Origin: Lytechinus pictus
Taxonomy: Eukaryota
Length of the DNA stretch: 64,000 bases
Direction: 5' to 3'
NCBI RefSeq assembly: GCF_037042905.1
Contig: NC_087248.1
Span: 14,756,001-14,820,000 of the forward strand
Shown here: positions 1 through 12,700 of the stretch, piece by piece
How the letters are laid out: every line of letters starts with the position of its first letter
Numbering within the stretch: position 1 is the stretch's first letter
Position numbers and translations under genes: made by a program
The notes under the pieces: model-generated
The model's input: only the letters and a program-made list of their open reading frames with translations
Told to the model about the DNA's origin: nothing
Database searches by the model: none

Positions 1-1526
1 AAGGAATGCAGCGCCTGGTGAGGGGTTTTCCCCTGATGGTAGCAACACCAACATAGATTCTCTCCGCCCCAGGGTGGCAATTATCAATACATCTAGACTC
101 TCAAATAATAATAATACTATTATTATGTAATCAACAAGCTCTCTTGAATGCATCGCCTGTAAATAAAGTTCCCACCAATGGGCAATTATCAATTAGTGCA
201 TGTAATAGGATTTCAGTGATCGTTGAACATATGGTGCGCGACCTATATTGAACGACACATATCGTTGGAGTCAAATTCAATTATCAGCGGTTACCAGCTT
301 TGAATTCGTTTGTCATCTCTTGTAAGGAGGTATAAATGGAGGTAATAGATATGTATGTTTAAGGAATTTGAATTGTGACCCATTGACTTTGCATTGCTTT
401 CATCCATCTGTTTTTCTTTTTGATTGTATGATATTTCGGCATGGGGGAATGCTGCACTCTGACAGTATGAATGAGAATGAAGACACCTTTCATCATTACT
501 ACTTTTAAGTGAAAATAATTCATTTTTTTAAGAGTGACAATTCTCCTTTTCTCTTATTAACACAAACCAATTTTCACTCCAAAACATTTGATTTCCACTT
601 TGGATTCTGAGGCAGTAGCATAGATTTTTACGAGAATTGGATATATATAAAATGAAATCAAAATTAACCAAGATTTTTACTCATTTGATTTCTAAGTTAC
701 ATTTTATGTACCATTAAGAGAAAACTTAATCATCACTGTATAAAAACCCACCCAAGAATAAAGCAACAACCCCTCCCCAAAATAAATATGTGAGGGGATT
801 TATGATTTCCTTTTGTTTGCCTTTTTTTAAAGAGCAAATCATGTGATCAATAGATACGCAATCAATGCATGAATAAATAATGAATTATGATAACTTCTCG
901 ATTTTCTTTAGAATGGATTTATACATCTTAGTTGCCCTAAATTTTTTGATAAATATTTGTAATAGATGGTTTCTATGCAATCAAACAGCCTTATGTGGAT
1001 TTAAAACATTTTATTAGATTAAAATGGTTAAATTTAGAATTGAAATGCTGCTTTTACGTTTTCTTTAGAGTTGAAAATAATCCTCTGCCGAGATTCCTTT
1101 ACGTTTTAGTTACATTAACAATTTATTCAAGTGACATTAGCTGTGAAGTGGCCTTTTTGTGTGGAATAAGTTAAGCATGTTTTCACATTTTGCACGAGAC
1201 GACGAGGCCAGATGTTTATTTAGATGCGTATCATTGTTTGGCCGCAAGCCCCAGTTTGGTCATCATTAAATTCAGCGCCCATATCGCATTTCTAGTCCCA
1301 AGAGCGTCCATTTTGAGAGATAAAAATCATCCTACTGGCAAAGTGAAGAAAAAGGTTTTAGAAGGAGAGACATGGAAAATAAGAGAACAGGAGAGGAATA
1401 AAATGGGAGAAGAGAGATGGATGGAAGGGAGGGGGGGGGGGGCATTGATCCCGGAAGAATGTAGAGCAAGGTGCATGTGGAGTGGATGAGTGAACAAAAA
1501 GCAAAATATGTAAAGAAACTGTATAC

Positions 1527-1778
1527 CAGGGGCGGATCCATGATTTTCCAAAGGGGGGGGGGGGTACATTTTTCTGAGGAAAAATTTGACAAGCAAAAAA
1601 AAAAAGAGGTATTTAACCAAAATTGAAGGATATTTCGTCCCTGAAAAATTTGACAGGCCCCCCCCAAAAAAGGTCTTCACTTTCAAAGGGGGGGGGGCAG
1701 GGCTTACTTCTTTTTTAATGGCATTTTTACATGACAAATTTTAATTTTTGCTGGCTGTGCCCCCAGCATCCGCCAGTG
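1527..1778 (+). mobile_element. hAT-like MITE (CAGGGGCGGATCC family), copy 1
   Basis: Ends CAGGGGCGGATCC / GCATCCGCCAGTG; 8-bp TSD ctgtatac / ctgtgtac; internal poly-G/poly-C tracts; related copies at 9539, 21391, 35223. Confidence 0.85.
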
Positions 1779-2407
1779 CTGTGTACGATAGGGAAAGAAA
1801 AGGAATGTAGGGTATGAAGGAGGGGGGGGGGGGCTATTTGTTTCTTACAAACAAAATCATACAAATAAAGCATAGGAGACCTCACTGAATGTCAGAGCAA
1901 GACACAAAATGACAGAGAGATAAAAAATAATAGAGCAAGAGAAAGAGAGTGAGAGTTTGAACGCACGTTAGAAAGGGCAAGAGAAAATGCGAACGGCAAT
2001 GAAATTGATCTGTGCGAATAGAATCACCATACAGAAATATGATATACAAGGAAAATAAGGTATAGAGCATCATTAGGCACAGACAGAAAGATATAATCAT
2101 GAAACAGAGAGAGAGAGAGAGAGAGGGGGCGGGTAGAGAGGTGACGTAAATCCACAAATTCATTACCAAAACTTTGTTCACAGAATAATTTCAGCGTCCA
2201 TAGCTTCTTTGATGATGTCCTTGAAATTGATCCAAACTTGTTTCTCCCATCTCATTAAACCCAAAATAGTGTCTTTATTATTTCCCTTGGCTATTGCAGG
2301 CAGATGAGATAACCATTCTGAGTGCGTCATAATTCATAAGTCCTCAAAGAGAGACTACTATAGGCTGCCCACGTGCTTACTTTAATAACCTGTTGCTTTC
2401 ATGACCT

Positions 2408-2537
2408 GGGTCCCGTAACACAAAGGTTAGCGATTGATCGTACGCTTGATTTTCACGATTGATTGTACATTGTTGTCATTGGAATCAATCGTAGAAAAAG
2501 GTTCTACGATCATTGCTAGGCTTTGTGTTATGGGCCC
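2408..2537. mobile_element. PIF/Harbinger-group MITE
   Basis: TIRs gggtcccgtaacacaaag / ctttgtgttatgggccc; diverged inverted copy at 35536-35670 flanked by CTG/CTG. Confidence 0.75.
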
Positions 2538-2694
2538 GTGGTTGATTTGTGTATTAAGTATTAATTATTGAGCAAATTAAGTGATCCATGGGTTAAGTCT
2601 ACTTAGAATGTAATAACAGTAATGATATCAAGCTTAATTATGCCAATTGTAGATCAGAATGTGTAATATAAGTTAGGGTTATATGGGCTTGCTC

Positions 2695-2985
2695 TTGGGT
2701 GCATATTTTTATCCTGCTTCTCCATTTATTCTTTTGGTTGATAGTGTTGTCCAATAGACACCTGCAGACTTAAGCTCTTCACCACTCAGTTTTGATATCA
2801 TTCAAAATCATGGTATATTATGTTATATTCAACTGCTGGGTGTATATTTATTCTTTTCCTATTTCTCCTCCATTGAGTTTTTTATTTGATGGTATTGTCC
2901 AATACACACTTGCATAGACTTTGGCAATATACTGTTCTATTTTTATATCATTCAAAATCATGGTATATTATGTTATATTCAACTG
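2695..2985. repeat. Two-unit tandem duplication (~145 bp)
   Basis: Both units contain tgtccaata and end in the identical atatcattcaaaatcatggtatattatgttatattcaactg. Confidence 0.75.
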
Positions 2986-4009
2986 TCATATGTCATTTGC
3001 AACCTATAAGAGGGTGATAACAGAATGCCATTAGCACTGCTTCTTAACAAATTGATCAAATGCTTTTATCTAAGGTAGATATTGACGTATAAGTGATTGA
3101 ACACAACACATGAAATATAGAACACATGCAGTTGTAAAGGGATTTAGTTGTTGTTTCAGCTTTGAAGGCTTATTACATATGTTGTCTGGCTTTTATGTAA
3201 ATTTCTGATGATAAGATAAAGAGTTATGAAACATAATTGTGATCAAGATAACACCATGAATCTGGGTTTTCTGTCTGAATACTGCCATTTTTGAAAATCA
3301 TCTATGGATAAGCTTTTGTATGATACAGCTGTCTATGGGGGAAACAGATTTCGATTTCTGGTTGATTTATATTTTTAATGTTATTATTATTTATAGTAAC
3401 TGTTATTTAGAGGTCTAGTGTTTGAACTCTTGTGTTTGTGGCCATGTTTCATTGTTACATATTCAAACTCTATTTTTAAGACACTGTTTAATATTAAACC
3501 AAGTGTGTGGCTCAGATTTTGTTTTGTCCAGGCCAAAATGCACTTAAGTAATGATGTTAGGGTTTCAAAGAAGAGAGTTACCAAGGAAGAGCTTGTTTTT
3601 TCAGGCAATCCTTAAATCATAGTTGTATTTTGTTCTTAAACTCTTTATGTTTTTGATTTTGCTATTTGCTAAACTATAAGTCCTCTTATTTGTCTAGACA
3701 TAGACTTAACATAATCCTTTGCATTCATTCCTTTTCCAATCAGAGTACTTAATATCTTAAAAGGGAAAATCTTGATATATTGTGTTACCCTCCCCCTCAT
3801 TTCTTTTCTGACACTTTCTCTCTCATTTTATATTCTTGTTTCATTTTTTTCTTCATTTTTCTCACTATAATGTACTCTATTTTTTTGTTTCAAAAGATTT
3901 ATTCCTTTCATTTGTTAATGTTTCTTTTCTTATTTTCAGTATTTCTTTTTGCTGTATTTTCTTCTTGTTTATTTGTCTATTTTTATTGTCTTTGGGCATT
4001 ATAGATGTA

Positions 4010-4270
4010 TACACCGTCTCTCTCTGCCTGTATGTGTCTGTCTGTGGGTCTGTCTTTTTATCCGTCTGTCTCTCTCTCTCTACTCTCTCTCCGTCTTTCT
4101 CCCTCTCTTTCCCTTTCTGTATAAGTGTTTCTCATTACCTGAATGACTGTCTCTTCCTCTGTTTATTTATATATCAGTGGTTCTTTCCTTCTCTCTACCT
4201 CTCTCTATCTGTCTCCCCCTCTCTCTATCCACCTTCATATCTACCTGCATCTCCCGTGCCTACATCCCTC
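4010..4270. repeat. CT-rich low-complexity tract
   Basis: Degenerate (CT)n/(CTGT)n; explains the S/L-rich ORFs. Confidence 0.8.
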
Positions 4271-5941
4271 ACAAGCTAGTATTCCACCGACGACGCAAGC
4301 CACCTTAGGCCAAAGTTTTCCTTGGTAGGTAGACAACCCTTGCTATCCGAGCTAGCTCAATCTCTCCAAGCTTTCAATCAAGGCCTGAACGATAAGCCTC
4401 TTTGAGCTTGGACGGGTAGCTCTCCCGGTCCGGTTTCATCACGACCGTTTCCAAAAATCTTTCCGTAATACTCCGTCTTTATCCAACCCTATTGGCCAGT
4501 ACGTTATCCTCCTATTTGGTTTCCTGTGCCTCAGCTATGTAATTCTTGCTTGTAGGATTTGTATTTCTTAAAGTAGAATTTTAGAAAAGATGTAAAGCCA
4601 GTGCCCGTAGAATGTATTGAATGGGTATGTTATTTTGAGTCGGTGACGACTGACTTTGAATACCATGTTTGAGTCACATACAACCAGGGTCACATACACT
4701 CACACAACTTGTTGATGCCCTTTTAAACATTTAATATCATTTCTTTTGCCTCAAAACAGACAAAACAAACCAAGCCTGTACCACATACATTACATGCAGA
4801 TCCCAAATGGATTAAAAAGTAGTGATAATAAATCGGTAATAATAATACATTAAGTTAGTCTAATGTCATTTTTTCATGTATGATTCTTTGATATCACCAA
4901 AGCCACACCCACAATCACACCAACCTCATTCCACATGTCAACCAGAATCACAATCCAAAATAATCCATGACCAACACCAAGATATCCTTTTATCGTCATG
5001 GCGGCTCAGTTTATACCGAGGTGTCAGGCAGAGTTCAGACTATTTGTACCCTAAAACACACACCCACACCATCACAAACATTAGATAAACACCACTTGTT
5101 TACCCTACATGCACCTGCAGACAAGTCCTCTTGGTCATGTGACCACTCACATTCCAGCGTGCATGTACATTCCCTCTACGCTCTAATTACCTCCTCCGTA
5201 TACCTACGAGAAGAAAAGCAACAAAACCCTCCCAACAAAATCCAAGTGGTTCCCTCCCAAGCAAGGGGCTCTTGACTGAGTCTGTTTGTAAATCGTTTGA
5301 CACAAGTCTTTCCTGCGTTGCGTCCCTCTCCAACTTTTCACCTTCAAGTGTGTCGTCTACCCGCCCCAAGAAGTGGGTTTTTCTCTCTGTTGTTCTTTTA
5401 TTCATTCCAAAGGCAGGGCTTGATTGAAGGCTAGTCCGGCGATTGACACAATTGTGTTTCGCGTCCCGTCCCCGCTTTGGCAGGCACTTGACCAGGCCAC
5501 AGAGTTTGACTCTGTCTTGTCGACTACACCCCCCGCTTTACGAGTGTCGCGTCTTCATCAACCTAGATTCACCTTGTTTAGACTGGTGTGATTGAAAAGA
5601 AATAACCTCCCATTGTTTTTCAAAGTTTATTGCTTTAGAACCCTCGGTTTGGAACCTTATGGAGGGGTACCAGTTTTGTAGGGAAAGGTGCAGACATCAT
5701 GTAACATCACGTTTTGACATGCTGGTTCCACTCGCTTTTGAGTCTAATAGAGTCAAATTTTCTTCAAGGCAATTAGTAATATTATCCAGGGCTCAAAATT
5801 AAATAAAAAAATTGAAAATAAAATGCAAATTTTAGGTCAAACAAGAAATGCCTGAGCTTTACTGACATAGCAGGTGTTCTACTTTAAGATATTCATGTTT
5901 TAATTTCAAGCATTCTTCCATCTCACGAAGAATCCCTCTTA

Positions 5942-6356
5942 AGGCGACCGCACACCTTACGACTGTTCGCGATCCGATTTTGGAACAAATCGCATTTTGC
6001 TCATTTTCTAAAAGTGTGAATGGAACATATCATTTTCTTTGAGGTTTAAATTAATTGAAAGAATACTGATATAACCATTTTGAAAGATTGCAAGCCTTTA
6101 TTTCGGAGTAAAGGCCAAATTAGTTTCAAATCGTGGCCAATCGTACGACTGCTATGACGTCATTACGACTAGATATTAAATTCGCTTTTATTCTAAGAAG
6201 GATGATAGCATAGTCACAAATTTGAACATAGGTATTCGTACGATGATTTAGAACATTACACAGTAAGATATTCCAAGTCTCAATGTTAGCATCAAAGTCT
6301 ACTTCATTTTATTCTGAAATCGGGTCGCAGACCAATCGTAAGGTGTGCGGTCGCCT
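5942..6356. mobile_element. PIF/Harbinger-like MITE
   Basis: TIR AGGCGACCGCACACCTTACGA / TCGTAAGGTGTGCGGTCGCCT; TTA TSD at 5939-5941 and 6357-6359. Confidence 0.9.
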
Positions 6357-8899
6357 TTATCGTCCGATCTGTGTGAGTTGCAGGCAAACTGTTATGGCTT
6401 AAAATACAAACTGTGTCTGTTGGTGCTCTACGCACATTGTATGGCAAACTTTGATTTATTTTTGTAGTTAATGACTTTCATTAAGCATGAAGTATCGGTA
6501 ATCATACACTAGAAAAATGTGGGGGTAAATGTCTCATTCAGTTTTTACTTTTTGAAATAGTTCTTGGCTCCCATATTATCTAACACTTTTAGATTGGTAA
6601 TTTACACACTAAAAAAATATAGGAAGTACTTTTCATTACGTTTAAAGCATTAAAAAAAATAATTTTAACAGAATTTATTCATCCCGCCAATATCTTTGCA
6701 TTCCAAAATAGCTGTGCTAGTAGTGACCTCATTTTCTTCAACAATTTGAGTGCCACTTGACCGCTTATAATGACTGCATACATTAAAACTGTAACTTTCA
6801 ATGTATTTGGGAATATACCTTTTGGTTTTGTATGTATGTGCAAATTTGTTTTTGCAGACCTTTTTTTCCTGATGTTGACTTTTTTCTTGATTCAGTTGCT
6901 CTGTCCAAAGTGTGTTTGAAAATTTTGTTGTTTTTATTTACAATGTCCACAAGGCAATATTCCTGTTCAGAAGTCTTTCCATTGCATTATTTTCTTTCCA
7001 GTTTTTCTTCTGCCGTTGCAAATTTCTCTCTACCAGCAACTGATTATCATAAGCTCACTAAAAGCTATCAGTACCACTGGCTCAAATGAACGTTTCATTC
7101 TGAATGATCTGTTTTATTTTACTGTAGTTTGCCAAGCTACCAGGGCCCCCGTCTTACAAAGAGTTGCATTGACCTAATTGTAGTAAAGTAAACATGATTA
7201 TGTGATGGAAGTGTTAAATAATGTCTGTAATTTTGTTGTGTTATTTCTCTTTTCTTTGCATCTATTTTCCTTGCTCTGCTGTGACTGTATGCATCATAAT
7301 TTTCAATACAGGTAAGTGATTAGTTCTTTTGTAAGTCCTTCAGATCTTAATTAATTAAAGGCTCCTTTTGTAACTATCAAAAACCTTTGAAACAAAGAAA
7401 ATGATAAGCAGGAAACAACCTGACTCATGTGTGTTAGAATTAGAAAAATTACATTTTGTAATGTAAGCCTATAAAATAGCTAGCTCATGACCATTCTATC
7501 TAAAAAAACACCCCTGCTTAATTTGGATATATGCACAGATATCCCACTTATTTATATAAAGTTATTTATCATTATTGTTATTATATAAATATATATTTTT
7601 AGGGGATGGGGCCATTATTAGTGAACTATTGAACTATTCATGTCAGTTGTCATCACGTAATAAAAAAAAATCAACGAATTGAACATTTAGGAACACTTAA
7701 AATATAAATCAAGTGTGAGAGAGAGACAGAAAAGAGAGGGATGGGGGTCCTCAAACCTTTCCGACCAACTGAACAACAATAACTTTTTTTCTTCACAATT
7801 GATATTTTTCCCATCCATAAAGTTTAAAATGCATAGTTTTCCAACAAACCACTTTCATGTTTGCTAAGACCACGTAATGCTAATACCCTGCTTATCTTGT
7901 CAGCCACACGAGTGCCACCTACGCGTACATTAGCTAGACTACTCATGAAATATTGACGATGAAAACGGGAATGATTAAGGGATATAAAACCAGAGGAACA
8001 AGAAAAGAAATAAAGAATATCTTCATGAGGATAAAGGCTTCTCTATTTATTTGCTCCCTGGATTTGGGGGATAACACAGACGTTGCTCCCAGGTATTCAT
8101 ATCTTTTTCATGTTTCCGCTATCATTATTCTTGGTGGGGTTTTATGTAGGAAGTCGCCTTTACATGGGAGTGTATTAGCCTGTCCCTCTTCATGATGAAT
8201 AAGCAATGTTTGCATACAAAAGCTTTCGATGGAAATATGATACTGTGTAGAGATTATTAATAACTTGTTTGACTGTCGGTTGGAGCCTTAAAGTGCAGGG
8301 AGGCTTAAAACTTCTATTTTCATAGTTTCTTCTGTTTTTTTCTTCCTGTACTTATATTACCGTGACTAGCAAATTGATACCAAGAGCATCACATAATAGC
8401 ATTTTACATACCATTATTTATCAGGTATACTGCTTTCAGTGAGTAACAGTATAGTGTAGAAGTTTGGAACTCGTGACAGTTTTCATTATCAAAATCTTAT
8501 ATATACCCTGGTCGTAGCTTACATGTATTTTTATTCATATGTAAATATTATCAGTACATTGAAGCATCATATTCATATGATATCTGCAGTGAGAAAACTG
8601 TTCTGAACACTCCCCTTTTTGACTGGATCAGAGTAAATGTTTGGTTTTCCCATATGGACGGTGTAGGATACCTTTAAATAAAAGTTGACTTAAAAAAAAA
8701 ACTTTGCGATATAGGAATGGTGTGCGAGACAGTGTATGTGACAAAAAAAGAAGAAAAATATGAAGTGTATAGCTCGGAGGAAAGGGATCTTGGATATTCT
8801 GCAGATCTATATCAAATATTCATAGGGTTCTGAGTCCTATGATCCCCCATTAGCAAAATATGAAGGACTAGTCATATTGTGAGGAGCGAGATATGAACT

Positions 8900-9280
8900 G
8901 GATGGAAAGAAAATGAGAAAGAGAGAAAAGGAGAGAGAGAGAGAGGAGAGGGAGACGGGGAGGAGAAGGAGACGGGGAGGAGAGGAGGATGGGGAGTGAG
9001 AGGCTGATTGCAAGAAGACGAGGGAAGAAGGATGGGAAGAAATGGAGAATAGAGAGTCGGGTATATGTGGCAGATAGAGTGGATGGATTGAAATGGAGAA
9101 ACCAAGGTGGAGAGAGTGAGAGAGAGAGAGAGAAAGAGAAACAGACATACACTGATAGAGGCAGTGGAAGGGGGACCTGGGAGCATTGAGAGAGGTAAAA
9201 CGCATTATGAAAAGATGCTAACTGCACATTAATAGGAAGAAAGATAGGTAGATCGATCAATCGATGGAAGAAAGAAGCAG
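8900..9280. repeat. GA-rich polypurine low-complexity tract
   Basis: (GA)n and GGA-rich runs. Confidence 0.8.
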
Positions 9281-9538
9281 ATCCCGAACTCTACAATTCA
9301 GATGAGAAGTCAACTTGGCTTATTTCACTTAAGATTTCCAACTCCTCTTGGTTTTCCCCCATCATTTCCAAAGCAATTAGTGAAGTGGATAATTGTCCCT
9401 AGGATAGGGTGTAACACAGCAAATTCTGTGGTGTTAATTGGTGTTTATAGAGGACCACACCAATCACTTCACTCTAGTGTTGATTTTTCTGGTGTCGGTT
9501 CAATACCTATGGGTTATTACAACACCTTTAGTTGTTAC

Positions 9539-9750
9539 CACTGGCGGATCCGGGGGGGGGGGGGGGGGGGGCACAGCCAGCTCGTGCTCGTGCCCCCCTT
9601 TTGAGAGGCACAATTAAAATTTGTAATGTAAAAGTGCTGTTAAAACAGAAGTGTGCCCCCCCCTTGAAATTGAAGACCTTTTTTATGCTTGTCAAATTTT
9701 TCCTTGGGAAACGTGCCTCCCCCTTTCGAAAAATCCTGGATTTGCCCCTG
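9539..9750 (-). mobile_element. hAT-like MITE (CAGGGGCGGATCC family), copy 2
   Basis: Ends cactggcggatcc / ggatttgcccctg; 8-bp TSD gttgttac / gttgttat. Confidence 0.85.
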
Positions 9751-9826
9751 GTTGTTATGGTACCATAAAGGGGAAGTTCACCCTGAAGAAAAGTCTGTTG
9801 TCAAAATAGCAGAAAATATATTAAAT

Positions 9827-11298
9827 ATTATAAACCTCTCTTTAAGAATGTCAAATAATCCGTTCCTCTGATTGGTCAAAATGAGGTCATGTAAACGACC
9901 ATGCCTGCAAAACAACAAACTAAGGTGGTAACCGAGGGCAACGGGCATAGTTAACAAGATTTCTGCTCGTTGCCCCCTGACCCGCCTCTTAAAGACGGGC
10001 ATAGCAAAATTTGGCTGAGATCCCCATTTGATTGCACGCAAAATGTTGCTTTCTGCGATGATTGCGGTTACCATAAATATCCGCGCGAAGTTTTAGACAA
10101 TTCGCGCATTTACGCGCTCATTGCGCATGTGCACGCAACTGATATGACATATCAATGGAACGATGCCGATCTTTGACTTTTGCTTGTTAATTCCTGTTAA
10201 AAAATATGGCATATATTGAAAAAAAGACTAACTTATTAAGGACATAAATAATGTATCAATGAATCATCAACTAGTCTAGTTGCAGTTGTTCGTTCAAATG
10301 CATGCTCGCAAAAGGTGAGTCGGGTGAAAAGATAAGTCATAACATAATAAGAGTAAGACGGCCATTACACTTACAACAACTAAATCTCTTTGTGTGTTCT
10401 ATATTTTATGTGCTGTTTTCAATCACTGATACGTCCATATTTACCTTAGATAAAAACATTTGATAAATTTGTTAAAAAGCAGTGCATATGACATTCTATT
10501 ATCACCCTCTTGTAGGTTGCAAATGACATATGACAGTTGAATATAACAAAATATACCATGATTTAATTACGGCAAACAACAACGTTAGGTCTAGATCTAA
10601 TGACAATGTTGTTGTTAGATCTAACGTTTCTAGCTTAGAAGTTAAGTGTAGACTCTAGATCTAGATCTAGATCTAACTTAACCTAGGCCTTATGTTCCAT
10701 TTAATCTTAGATCTGACGTAGTCTAGTCAAGATCTAGCGTTAGATCTAGATACTAATGCCGGAGATTTTAAGATCTAGATCTAGATCTAACTAAGAAAAT
10801 TGTTAATGTTAGATCTAGATCTAGATCTAAACAGACCCTGTTCGATGAACAGGCTTAGTCCTACAACATCGTTGGAGTAAACTAAACTAAACTAATTCGG
10901 TTCCTAAAATATCTAACGTTTGGCCTTACTTACTAAAAATTGTTACCGGTAGGGACTGCTTTGATATTCAACTTGGAGACCTAACATCGGACAGGGCTAA
11001 CTTAGTTAGGGCCTAGCCCTAGGCCTAACGTTAGCCTGGGGCATATAGGGCTTTTAGGCCAAACTTGTTTAAGATTTAGATCTAGACTAGGCCCTAGATC
11101 TAATGTTTAATTCGGTTTATAAAATATATATGGACTGCTTTTATATTCGAGACACGGTTGTTTCTTTCGGCTCGCGGGTACCGCATTGGTCAGTCCATGC
11201 CCGAGGTCAAAGACCATGCCCTCGGGCATAGTTGCATTGCGGTCCCCTTGAGCCTCTAGAAACAACCATGCCTCTCAAGCAGTCCGTATATCTATAAT
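9827..11298. mobile_element. Crypton-like non-autonomous element, family A
   Basis: Interrupts the Kolobok MITE within aaatattggc; ends ATTATA...TATAAT; ctgattggtc near the left end; ~165-nt imperfect hairpin 11126-11291 at the right end; no TIRs. The Crypton assignment is from recalled architecture only. Confidence 0.6.
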
Positions 11299-11700
11299 AT
11301 TGGCGAAGGTTTGAGGAAAATCCATTAAATATTAAGAAAGTTATTATATTCTTAAGTTTTGGAATTGTGATGTCATAAACGAGCAGCTGCCCCATATGTT
11401 ATGTAATATAAAAAGCATGAATTTCACCTTTTTAATGGTACCTGATCGACTTATTCTTGTTTTCCTTTCATGATCTGGAGTGAAATGATTTTTATATTGA
11501 TATACAAAAGGTACAGTAAACACCATTTTCAATTTTCTGAGAAAATGACATTTCATTGATTTTGTTACTATTCTCTATATAGGAATGCTGCTTGCATATG
11601 ACATCACAAATCAAATAATTGAAATTCCTATAACTTTTTAATTCTTTGATGTTTTTTTTTTCTCAAACCTTCCGCACTATTTCTTTAAAAAATTATGTTA

Positions 11701-12700
11701 TTTTTGTCTCGCCCACCAGAGGTGAAGGCGAGACTTAGGGTTCCAAATGTCGTCCGTTGTCCGTCGTCTGTCGTCCATCCGTTGTCCGTCCGTCACAAAC
11801 CTAATGACACATAACTCCACAACCGTAAGTCGCTTTTCAACAAAACTTGAATGGTAGATGGACTTGGGGGACTTGCATCTTATGCTGCAGTCGGAGGTCA
11901 CATGGTAAGGTCAACGTTACAGTTTACATGCAAGACTCTCTTATGACACCTAACTCCATAACCGTAAGTCACTTTTCAATCAAACTTGGATGGTAGATGG
12001 ACTTGGGGGACGTGCATCTTATGCTGCAGTCGGAGGTCACATGGTAAGGTCAAGGGTCATTTTCAGGTCAACGTTAAAGTTTACATGCAAGACTCTCTTA
12101 TGACACCTAACTCCGCAACCGTAAGTCACTTTTCAACCAAACTTGGATGGTAGATGGACTTGGGGGACCTGCATGTTAGGCTACAGTCAGAGGTCACATG
12201 GTAAGGTCAAAGGTCATTTTCAGGTCAACGTTAAAGTTTACATGCAAGACTCTCCTATGACACATAACTCCGCAACCGTAAGTCACTTTTCAACCAAACT
12301 TGGATGGTAGATGGACTTTGGGGGACCTGCATTTTATGCTGCAGGCGGAGGTAACATGGTAAGGTGATTTTCAGGTCAACGTTAAAGTTTACATGCAAGA
12401 CTCTCTTACGACACCTGACTGCGCAACCGGAAGTCACTTTTCAACAAAACGTGGATGGTAGATGTACATGTATGTAGGCGACCTGCATGTTATGCTGCAG
12501 TCAGAGGTCACATGGTAAGGTCAAAGGTCATTTTCAGGTCAACATTAAAGTTTACGTGCAAGGCTTTTATGACAAGTGTTATTCCATCCCAGTCATTTTA
12601 CAATGAAGTTTCGATACAATTCTGTTGCTTGCCCTCGCAAATCACGATATTTCTGGTTATTTTCATAAGTGGGCGAGACACAAAGTCGCTTTTGCCTTGT
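11701..12700 (+). mobile_element. Helentron-associated non-autonomous element (HINE, pearl/DINE-1-like) with five ~157-bp core repeats
   Basis: T-run flanks; subTIRs tgtctcgcccac (11705-11716) / gtgggcgagaca (12669-12680); 5' palindrome gtctcgcc..ggcgagac; (GTCC)n microsatellite 11748-11793; repeat units start at 11804, 11943, 12100, 12257, 12408; 3' stem-loop then CTTGT. Confidence 0.88.

Noticed and set aside
22-32. NF-kB-like GGGGTTTTCCC (also reversed at ~12912)
   Set aside because: Isolated short motifs with no supporting context.
11804-12570. Tandem arrays as a possible CRISPR array (also 16660-17450 and 50832-51430)
   Set aside because: Whole units repeat with no unique spacers and no cas genes; the first two lie inside HINE termini in eukaryotic DNA.
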